From the human T2T-CHM13v2.0 reference genome, Homo sapiens, in assembly GCF_009914755.1 (NCBI RefSeq), contig NC_060939.1: a stretch of DNA of 64,000 nucleotides; one strand, written 5' to 3'. The notes under the pieces were generated by a model. The model saw only the letters and a program-made list of their open reading frames with translations. It did no database searches and was not told the DNA's origin. Position numbers and translations under genes: made by a program. This document shows, in pieces, positions 13,951 to 26,589 of the stretch. Within the stretch, counting starts at the first letter, position 1. Each line of letters begins with the position of its first letter.

Positions 13951-16900
13951 CCATTCTATATGATTCCATTCCATTCAAGTCCATTACATTTGGTTCAATT
14001 CCATTCCATTCCAGTTGATATCAATCCATTCGATTCCATTCCATTCGAGCACATTCCATTCGAGTCCATTCCATTCGATGCCATTCCATTTGATTCTATT
14101 CCATTAGTCTCCATTCAATTCCATTAATCTCCATTCCATTCCATTCTACTCCAACTGATTCCATTCCATTCTATTCCTTTCCATTCCATTTCATTCCATT
14201 CCATTCCATTTCATTCCATTCCATTCCATTCGTGTCCATTCCTCTCCAGTCCATTCCATTCGTGTCCATTCCATTCCAGTCCATTCCATTTGTGTCCACT
14301 GCATTCCATTCCACTCCATTCCATATTATTCCATTACACTCCATTCCATTCTATTACTTTCATTTCCATTCAATTCCATTCCATTTGATTCCATTCCACT
14401 CGGTTTCATTCCATTTGAGTCCACTCCATTCCATTCCATTCCATTCCATTCAGTTCCATTCCATTCTGTTCCATTCCATTCCGTTCCATTACATTCCATT
14501 CCATTCGGTACCATTCCATATTGTTCCATTCGATTCCATTCTAATCCATTCCATTCCAGTCCATTCCCTTCGATTCCATTCCATTCATTTCAATTCCATT
14601 CCATTCCATTCCATTACATTCCACTTGATTCCTCTCCATTCCCTTCCACTGCATTCCGTTCGATTCCATTCCATTGCATTGCATTCCATTCCATTGGATT
14701 GCATTCCATTCGATTCCATTCCATTCGAATCAATTACATAGCAATCCATTACATTCGAGTGTATTCTATTCCGTTCCATTCGATTTCGTTCCAATCCATT
14801 TGATTCCATTCCATTCGATTCCATTCCATACTATTGCATTCCATTTGATTACATTATATTCGAATAAGTTCCATTCAAGACCATTTCTTTTGAGTCCATT
14901 CTATTTGAGTCCATTCCCTTTGATTCCATAACATTTGAGTCCATTCAATTCCATTCCTTTCGTTTCCATTCCATTTGATGCCATTCCATTCAATTCTGTT
15001 CTACTCGACTCCAATACAGTCAGTTCCATTCCATCCGATTCCATTACATTCTTTTCATTTCTTATCCATTTCAAGCCATTCCACTCCATTCCATTCCACT
15101 CGTTTCCTTTCCATTCGAGTCCATTCCTCTCCAGTCCATTCCGTTCAATCCATTCCATTCCAGTCCATTCCATTCGAGTCCGTTCCATTCCAGTCCATTC
15201 CATTCGAGTCAATTCCATCCCATTCGATGTCTTTCCATAACGATCCATTCCATTCTATTCCTTTCGATTCCATTCCATTCTATTTCATTCCATTCGATTC
15301 CCTTCCATTGGACTCCTTTCCATTCGAGTGCATTCCATTCCGTTCCATTTCTTTCCGTTCTGTACGATTCCTACCGTTCGATTTCATTTTGTTCCAGTCC
15401 ATTCCTTTCGCGTCCATTCCATTCCATTTCACTCCATTCGATTCCATTCCACTCGATTCCACTTCGTTCCATTTCACTGCATTCCATTCTATTCAACTCT
15501 ATTGCCTTCCATTCCATTCCATTCGATTACATTCCATGCGATTCCATTCGAAATCGAATCAATTACATTGCAATCCATTACTATTGAGTCCATTTTATTC
15601 CAGTCCACTGCATTCTGGTCCATTCCATTTGATTCCATTCCATTCTATTCCATTCCATACAGTTGCATTCCATTGGATTCCATTCTATATCTATAAATTG
15701 AATTCGAGACCATTGCTTTTGAGTCCATTCTATAGGATTCCATTCCATTCAAGTCCATTACATTTGGTTCAATTCCATTCCATTCCATTCCCTTCCATTC
15801 CATTCCAGTTGATATCAATCCATTCGATTCCATTCCATTCGAGCACATTCCATTCGAGTCCATTCCATTCGATGCCATTCCATTTGATTCTATTCCATTA
15901 GTCTCCATTCAATTCCATTAATTTCCATTCCATTCCATTCTACTCCAACTGATTCCATTCCATTCTATTCCTTTCAATTCCATTTCATTCCATTCCATTC
16001 CATTTCATTCCATTCCATTCCATTTCATTCCATTCCATTCCATTCGTGTCCATTCCATTCCAGTCCATTCCATTTGTGTCCACTACATTCCATTCCACTC
16101 CATTCCATATTATTCCATTACACTCCATTCCATTCTATTACTTTCATTTCCATTCAATTCCATTCCATTTGATTCCATTCCACTCGGTTTCATTCCATTT
16201 GAGTCCACTCCATTCCATTCCATTCCATTCAGTTCCATTCCATTCTGTTCCATTCCATTCCGTTCCATTACATTCCATTCCATTCGGTACCATTCCATAT
16301 TGTTCCATTCGATTCCATTCGAATCCATTCCATTCCAGTCCATTCCATTCGATTCCATTCCATTCGTTTCAATTCCATTCCATTCCATTCCATTACATTC
16401 CACTTGATTCCTCTCCATTCCCTTCCACTGCATTCCGTTCGATTCCATTCCATTGCATTGCATTCCATTCCATTGGATTGCATTCCATTCGATTCCATTC
16501 CATTCGAATCAATTACATAGCAATCCATTACATTCGAGTCTATTCTATTCCGTTCCATACGATTTCGTTAAAAATCCATTCGATTCCATTCCATTCGATT
16601 CCATTCCATACTATTGCATTCCATTCGATTACATTATATTCGAATAAGTTCCATTCAAGACCATTTCTTTTGAGTCCATTCTATTTGAGTCCATTCCCTT
16701 TGATTCCATAACATTTGAGTCCATTCAATTCCATTCCTTTCGTTTCCATTCCATTTGATGCCATTCCATTCAATTCTGTTCTACTCGACTCCAATACATT
16801 CAATTCCATTCCATCCGATTCCATTACATTCTTTTCATTTCTTATCCATTTCAAGCCATTCCACTCCATTCCATTCCACTCGTTTCCTTTCCATTCGAGT

Positions 16901-19900
16901 CCATTCCTCTCCAGTCCATTCCGTTCAATCCATTCCATTCCAGTCCATTCCATTCGAGTCCGTTCCATTCCAGTCCATTCCATTCGAGTCAATTCCATCC
17001 CATTCGATGTCTTTCCACAACGATCCATTCCATTCTATTCCTTTCGATTCCATTCCATTCTATTTCATTCCATTCGATTCCCTTCCATTGGACTCCTTTC
17101 CATTCGAGTGCATTCCATTCCGTTCCATTTCTTTCCGTTCTGTACGATTCCTACCGTTCGATTTCATTTTGTTCCAGTCCATTCCTTTCGCGTCCATTCC
17201 ATTCCATTTCACTCCATTCGATTCCATTCCACTCGATTCCACTTCGTTCCATTTCATTGCATTCCATTCTATTCAACTCTATTGCCTTCCATTCCATTCC
17301 ATTCGATTACATTCCATGCGATTCCATTCGAAATCGAATCAATTACATTGCTATCCATTACTATTGAGTCCGTTTTATTCCAGTCCACTGCATTCTGGTC
17401 CATTCCATTTGATTCCATTCCATTCTATTCCATTCCATACAGTTGCATTCCATTGGAGTCCATTCTATATCTATAAATTCAATTCGAGACCATTGCTTTT
17501 GAGTCCATTCTATATGATTCCATTCCATTCAAGTCCATTACATTTGGTTCAATTCCATTCCATTCCATTCCCTTCCATTCCATTCCAGTTGATATCAATC
17601 CATTCGATTCCATTCCATTCGAGCACATTCCATTCGAGTCCATTCCATTCGATGCCATTCCATTTGATTCTATTCCATTAGTCTCCATTCAATTCCATTA
17701 ATCTCCATTCCATTCCATTCTACTCCAAATGATTCCATTCCATTCTATTCCTTTCCATTCCATTTCATTCCATTCCATTCCATTTCATTCCATTCCATTC
17801 CATTCGTGTCCATTCCACTCCAGTCCATTCCATTCGTGTCCATTCCATTCCAGTCCATTCCATTTGTGTCCACTGCATTCCATTCCACTCCATTCCATAT
17901 TATTCCATTACACTCCATTCCATTCTCTTACTTTCATTTCCATTCAATTCCATTCCATTTGATTCCATTCCACTCGGTTTCATTCCATTTGAGTCCACTC
18001 CATTCCATTCCATTCCATTCCATTCAGTTCTATTCCATTCTGTTCCATTCCATTCCGTTCCATTACATTCCATTCCATTCGGTACCATTCCATAGTGTTC
18101 CATTCGATTCCATTCGAATCCATTCCATTCCAGTCCATTCCATTCGATTCCATTCCATTCATTTCAATTCCATTCCATTCCATTCCATTACATTCCACTT
18201 GATTCCTCTCCATTCCCTTCCACTGCATTCCGTTCGATTCCATTCCATTGCATTGCATTCCATTCCATTGGATTGCATTCCATTCGATTCCATTCCATTC
18301 GAATCAATTACATAGCAATCCATTACATTCAAGTCTATTCTATTCCCTTCCATTCGATTTCGTTCCAATCCATTCGATTCCATTCCATTCGATTCCATTC
18401 CATACTATTGCATTCCATTCGATTACATTATATTCGAATAAGTTCCATTCAAGACCATTTCTTTTGAGTCCATTCTATTTGAGTCCATTCCCTTTGATTC
18501 CATAACATTTGAGTCCATTCAATTCCATTCCTTTCGTTTGCATTCCATTTGATGCCATTCCATTCAATTCTGTTCTACTCGACTCCAATACATTCAATTC
18601 CATTCCATCCGATTCCATTACATTCTTTTCATTTCTTATCCATTTCAAGCCATTCCACTCCATTCCATTCCACTCGTTTCCTTTCCATTCGAGTCCATTC
18701 CTCTCCAGTCCATTCCGTTCAATCCATTCCATTCCAGTCCATTCTATTCGAGTCCGTTCCATTCCAGTCCATTCCATGCGAGTCAATTCCATCCCATTCG
18801 ATGTCTTTCCATAAAGATCCATTCCATTCTATTCCTTTCGATTCCATTCCATTCTATTTCATTCCATTCGATTCCCTTCCATTGGACTCCTTTCCATTCG
18901 AGTGCATTCCATTCCGTTCCATTTCTTTCCGTTCTGTACGATTCCTACCGTTCGATTTCATTTTGTTCCAGTCCATTCCTTTCGCGTCCATTCCATTCCA
19001 TTTCACTCCATTCGATTCCATTCCACTCGATTCCACTTCGTTCCATTTCATTGCATTCCATTCTATTCAACTCTATTGCCTTCCATTCCATTCCATTCGA
19101 TTACATTCCATGCGATTCCATTCGAAATCGAATCAATTACATTGCAATCCATTACTATTGAGTCCATTTTATTCCAGTCCACTGCATTCTGGTCCATTCC
19201 ATTTGATTCCATTCCATTCTATTCCATTCCATACAGTTGCATTCCATTGGATTCCATTCTATATCTATAAATTCAATTGGAGACCATTGCTTTTGAGTCC
19301 ATTCTATATGATTCCATTCCATTCAAGTCCATTACATTTGGTTCAATTCCATTCCATTCCATTCCCTTCCATTCCATTCCAGTTGATATCAATCCATTCG
19401 ATTCCATTCCATTCGAGCACATTCCATTCGAGTGCATTCCATTCGATGCCATTCCATTTGATTCTATTCCATTAGTCTCCATTCAATTCCATTAATCTCC
19501 ATTCCATTCCATTCTACTCCAACTGATTCCATTCCATTCTATTCCTTTCCATTCCATTTCATTCCATTCCATTCCATTTCATTCCATTCCATTCCATTCG
19601 CTTCCATTCCATTCGTGTCCATTCCACTCCAGTCCATTCCATTCGTGTCCATTCCATTCCAGTCCATTCCATTTGTGTCCACTGCATTCCATTCCACTCC
19701 ATTCCATATTATTCCTTTACACTCCGTTCCATTCTATTACTTTCATTTCCATTCAATTCCATTCCATTTGATTCCATTCCACTCGGTTTCATTCCATTTG
19801 AGTCCACTCCATTCCATTCCATTCCATTCCATTCAGTTCCATTCCATTCTGTTCCATTCCATTCCGTTCCATTGCATTCCATTCCATTCGGTACCATTCC

Positions 19901-22900
19901 ATATTGTTCCATTCGATTCCATTCGAATCCATTCCATTCCAGTCCATTCCATTCGATTCCATTCCATTCCTTTCAATTCCATTCCATTCCATTCCATTCC
20001 ACTTGATTCCACTCCATTCCCTTCCACTGCATTCCATTCGATTCCATTCCATTGCATTGCATTCCATTCCATTGGACTGCATTCCATTCGATTCCATTCC
20101 ATTCGAATCAATTACATAGCAATCCATTACATTCGAGTCTATTCTATTCCGTTCCATTCGATTTCGTTCCTATCCATTCGATTCCATTCCATTCGATTCC
20201 ATTCCATACTATTGCATTCCATTCGATTACATTATATTCGAATAAGTTCCATTCAAGACCATTTCTTTTGAGTCCATTCTATTTGAGTCCATTCCCTTTG
20301 ATTCCATAACATTTGAGTCCATTCAATTCCATTCCTTTCGTTTGCATTCCATTTGATGCCATTCCATTCAATTCTGTTCTACTCGACTCCAATACATTCA
20401 ATTCCATTCCATCCGATTCCATTACATTCTTTTCATTTCTTATCCATTTCAAGCCATTCCACTCCATTCCATTCCACTCGTTTCCTTTCCATTCGAGTCC
20501 ATTCCTCTCCAGTCCATTCCGTTCAATCCATTCCATTCCAGTCCGTTCCATTCGAGTCCGTTCCATTCCAGTCCATTCCATTTGAGTCAATTCCATTCCA
20601 TTCGATGTCTTTCCATAACGATCCATTCCATTCTATTCCTTTCGATTCCATTCCATTCTATTTCATTCCATTCGATTCCCTTCCATTGGACTCCTTTCCA
20701 TTCGAGTGCATTCCATTCCGTTCCATTTCTTTCCGTTCTGTACGATTCCTACCGTTCGATTTCATTTTGTTCCAGTCCATTCCTTTCGCGTCCATTCCAT
20801 TCCATTTCACTCCATTCGATTCCATTCCACTCGATTCCACTTCGTTCCATTTCATTGCATTCCATTCTATTCAACTCTATTGCCTTCCATTCCATTCCAT
20901 TCGATTACATTCCATGCGATTCCATTCGAAATCGAATCAATTACATTGCAATCCATTACTATTGAGTCCGTTTTATTCCAGTCCACTGCATTCTGGTCCA
21001 TTCCATTTGATTCCATTCCATTCTATTCCATTCCATACAGTTGCATTCCATTGGATTCCATTCTATATCTATAAATTCAATTCGAGACCATTGCTTTTGA
21101 GTCCATTCTATATGATTCCATTCCATTCAAGTCCATTACATTTGGTTCAATTCCATTCCATTCCATTCCCTTCCATTCCATTCCAGTTGATATCAATCCA
21201 TTCGATTCCATTCCATTCGAGCACATTCCATTCGAGTCCATTCCATTCGATGCCATTCCATTTGATTCTATTCCATTAGTCTCCATTCAATTCCACTAAT
21301 CTCCATTCCATTCCATTCTACTCCAACTGATTCCATTCCATTCTATTCCTTTCCATTCCATTTCATTCCATTCCATTCCATTTCATTCCATTCCATTCCA
21401 TTCGTGTCCATTCCACTCCAGTCCATTCCATTCGTGTCCATTCCATTCCAGTCCATTCCATTTGTGTCCCCTGCATTCCATTACACTCCATTCCATATTA
21501 TTCCATTACACTCCATTCAATTCTATTACTTTCATTTCCATTCAATTCCATTCCATTTGATTCCATTCCACTCGGTTTCATTCCATTTGAGTCCACTCCA
21601 TTCCATTCCATTCCATTCCATTCAGTTCCATTCCATTCTGTTCCATTCCATTCCGTTCCATTACATTCCATTCCATTCGGTACCATTCCATATTGTTCCA
21701 TTCGATTCCATTCGAATCCATTCCATTCCAGTCCATTCCATTCGATTCCAATCCATTCATTTCAATTCCATTCCATTCCATTCCATTACATTCCACTTGA
21801 TTCCTCTCCATTCCCTTCCACTGCATTCCGTTCGATTCCATTCCATTGCATTGCATTCCATTCCATTGGATTGCATTCCATTCGATTCCATTCCATTCGA
21901 ATCAATTACATAGCAATCTATTACATTCGAGTCTATTCTATTCTGTTCCATTCGATTTCGTTCCAATCCATTCGATTCCATTCCATTCGATTCCATTCCA
22001 TACTATTGCATTCCATTCGATTACATTATATTCGAATAAGTTCCATTCAAGACCATTTCTTTTGAGTCTATTCTATTTGAGTCCATTCCCTTTGATTCCA
22101 TAACATTTGAGTCCATTCAATTCCATTCCTTTCGTTTCCATTCCATTTGATGCCATTCCATTCAATTCTGTTCTACTCGACTCCAATACATTCAATTCCA
22201 TTCCATCCGATTCCATTACATTCTTTTCATTTCTTATCCATTTCAAGCCATTCCACTCCATTCCATTCCACTCGTTTCCTTTCCATTCGAGTCCATTCCT
22301 CTCCAGTCCATTCCGTTCAATCCATTCCATTCCAGTCCATTCCATTCGAGTCCGTTCCATTCCAGTCCATTCCATTCGAGTCAATTCCATCCCATTCGAT
22401 GTCTTTCCATAACGATCCATTCCATTCTATACCTTTCGATTCCATTCCATTCTATTTCATTCCATTCGATTCCCTTCCATTGGACTCCTTTCCATTCGAG
22501 TGCATTCCATTCCGTTCCATTTTTTCCGTTCTGTACGATTCCTACCGTTCGATTTCATTTTGTTCCAGTCCATTCCTTTCGCGTCCATTCCATTCCATTT
22601 CTCTCCATTCGATTCCATTCCACTCGATTCCACTTCGTTCCATTTCATTGCATTCCATTCTATTCAACTCTATTGCCTTCCATTCCATTCCATTCGATTA
22701 CATTCCATGCGATTCCATTCGAAATCGAATCAATTACATTGCAATCCCTTACAATTGAGTCCGTTTTATTCCAGTCCACTGCATTCTGGTCCATTCCATT
22801 TGATTCCATTCCATTCTATTCCATTCCATACAATTGCATTCAATTGGATTCCATGCTATATCTATAAATTCAATTCGAGACCATTGCTTTTGAGTCCATT

Positions 22901-25900
22901 CTATATGATTCCATTCCATTCAAGTCCATTACATTTGGTTCAATTCCATTCCATTCCATTCCCTTCCATTCCATTCCAGTTGATATCAATCCATTCGATT
23001 CCATTCCATTCGAGCACATTCCATTCGAGTCCATTCCACTCGATTCCATTCCATTTGATTCTATTCCATTAGTCTCCATTCAATTCCATTAATCTCCATT
23101 CCATTCCATTCTACTCCAACTGATTCCATTCCATTCTATTCCTTTCCATTCCATTTCATTCCATTCCATTCCATTTCATTCCATTCCATTCCATTCGTGT
23201 CCATTCCACTCCAGTCCATTCCATTCGTGTCCATTCCATTCCAGTCCATTCCATTTGTGTCCACTGCATTCCATTCCACTCCATTCCATATTATTCCATT
23301 ACACTCCATTCCATTCTATTACTTTCATTTCCATTCAATTCCATTCCATTTCATTCCATTCCACTCGGTTTCATTCCATTTGAGTCCACTCCATTCCATT
23401 CCATTCCATTCAGTTCCATTCCATTCTGTTCCATTCCATTTCGTTCCATTACATTCCATTCCATTCGGTACCATTCCATATTTTTCCATTCGATTCCATT
23501 CGAATCCATTCCATTCCAGTCCATTCCATTCGATTCCATTCCATTCATTTCAATTCCATTCCATTCCATTCCATTACATTCCACTTGATTCCTCTCCATT
23601 CCCTTCCACTGCATTCCATTCGATTCCATTCCATTGCATTGCATTCCATTCCATTGGATTGCATTCCATTCGATTCCATTCCATTCGAATCAATTACATA
23701 GCAATCCATTACATTCGAGTCTATTCTATTCCGTTCCATTCGATTTCGTTCCAATCCATTCAATTCCATTCCATTCGATTCCATTCCATACTATTGCATT
23801 CCATTCGATTACATTATATTCGAATAAGTTCCATTCAAGACCATTTCTTTTGAGTCCATTCTATTTGAGTCCATTCCCTTTGATTCCATAACATTTGAGT
23901 CCATTCAATTCCATTCCTTTCGTTTCCATTCCATTTGATGCCATTCCATTCAATTCTGTTCTACTCGACTCCAATACATTCAATTCCATTCCATCCGATT
24001 CCATTACATTCTTTTCATTTCTTATCCATTTCAAGCCATTCCACTCCATTCCATTCCACTCGTTTCCTTTCCATTCGAGTCCATTCCTCTCCAGTCCATT
24101 CCGTTCAATCCATTCCATTCCAGTCCATTCCATTCGAGTCCGTTCCATTCCAGTCCATTCCATTCGAGTCAATTCCATCCCATTCGATGTCTTTCCATAA
24201 CGATCCATTCCATTCTATTCCTTTCGATTCCATTCCATTCTATTTCATTCCATTCGATTCCCTTCCATTGGACTCCTTTCCATTCGAGTGCATTCCATTC
24301 CGTTCCATTTCTTTCCGTTCTGTACGATTCCTACCGTTCGATTTCATTTTGTTCCAGTCCATTCCTTTCGCGTCCATTCCATTCCATTTCACTCCATTCG
24401 ATTCCATTCCACTCGATTCCACTTCGTTCCATTTCATTGCATTCCATTCTATTCAACTCTATTGCCTTCCATTCCATTCCATTCCATTACATTCCATGCG
24501 ATTCCATTCGAAATCGAATCAATTACATTGCAATCCATTACTATTGAGTCCATTTTATTCCAGTCCACTGCATTCTGGTCCATTCCATTTGATTCCATTC
24601 CATTCTATTCCATTCCATACAGTTGCATTCCATTGGATTCCATTCTATATCTATAAATTCAATTCGAGACCATTGCTTTTGAGTCCATTCTATATGATTC
24701 CATTCCATTCAAGTCCATTACATTTGGTTCAATTCCATTCCATTCCAGTTGATATCAATCCATTCGATTCCATTCCATTCGAGCACATTCCATTCGAGTC
24801 CATTCCATTCGATGCCATTCCATTTGATTCTATTCCATTAGTCTCCATTCAATTCCATTAATCTCCATTCCATTCCATTCTACTCCAACTGATTCCATTC
24901 CATTCTATTCCTTTCCATTCCATTTCATTCCATTCCATTCCATTTCATTCCATTCCATTCCATTCGTGTCCATTCCTCTCCAGTCCATTCCATTCGTGTC
25001 CATTCCATTCCAGTCCATTCCATTTGTGTCCACTGCATTCCATTCCACTCCATTCCATATTATTCCATTACACTCCATTCCATTCTATTACTTTCATTTC
25101 CATTCAATTCCATTCCATTTGATTCCATTCCACTCGGTTTCTTTCCATTTGAGTCCACTCCATTCCATTCCATTCCATTCCATTCAGTTCCATTCCATTC
25201 TGTTCCATTCCATTCCGTTCCATTACATTCCATTCCATTCGGTACCATTCCATATTGTTCCATTCGATTCCATTCGAATCCATTCCATTCCAGTCCATTC
25301 CATTCGATTCCATTCCATTCATTTCAATTCCATTCCATTCCATTCCATTACATTCCACTTGATTCCTCTCCATTCCCTTCCACTGCATTCCGTTCGATTC
25401 CATTCCATTGCATTGCATTCCATTCCATTGGATTGCATTCCATTCGATTCCATTCCATTCGAATCAATTACATTGCAACCCATTACATTCGAGTCTATTC
25501 TCTTCCGTTCCATTCGATTTCGTTCCAATCCATTCGATTCCATTCCATTCGATTCCATTCCATACTATTGCATTCCATTCGATTACATTATATTCGAATA
25601 AGTTCCATTCAAGACCATTTCTTTTGAGTCCATTCTATTTGAGTCCATTCCCTTTGATTCCATAACATTTGAGTCCATTCAATTCCATTCCTTTCGTTTG
25701 CATTCCATTTGATGCCATTCCATTCAATTCTGTTCTACTCGACTCCAATACATTCAATTCCATTCCATCCGATTCCATTACATTCTTTTCATTTCTTATC
25801 CATTTCAAGCCATTCCACTCCATTCCATTCCACTCGTTTCCTTTCCATTCGAGTCCATTCCTCTCCAGTCCATTCCGTTCAATCCATTCCATTCCAGTCC

Positions 25901-26589
25901 ATTCCATTCGAGTCCGTTCCATTCCAGTCCATTCCATTCGAGTCAACTCCATCCCATTCGATGTCTTTCCATAACGATCCATTCCATTCTATTCCTTTCG
26001 ATTCCATTCCATTCTATTTCATTCCATTCTATTCCCTTCCATTGGACTCCTTTCCATTCGAGTGCATTCCATTCCGTTCCATTTCTTTCCGTTCTGTACA
26101 ATTCCTACCGTTCGATTTCATTTTGTTCCAGTCCATTATTTTCGCGTCCATTCCATTCCATTTCACTCCATTCGATTCCATTCCACTCGATTCCACTTCG
26201 TTCCATTTCATTGCATTCCATTCTATTCAACTCTATTGCCTTCCATTCCATTCCATTCGATTACATTCCATGCGATTCCATTCGAAATCGAATCAATTAC
26301 ATTGCAATCCATTACTATTGAGTCCGTTTTATTCCAGTCCACTGCATTCTGGTCCATTCCATTTGATTCCATTCCATTCTATTCCATTCCATACAGTTGC
26401 ATTCCATTGGATTCCATGCTATATCTATAAATTCAATTCGAGACCATTGCTTTTGAGTCCATTCTATATGATTCCATTCCATTCAAGTCCATTACATTTG
26501 GTTCAATTCCATTCCATTCCATTCCCTTCCATTCCATTCCAGTTGATATCAATCCATTCGATTCCATTCCATTCGAGCACATTCCATTC

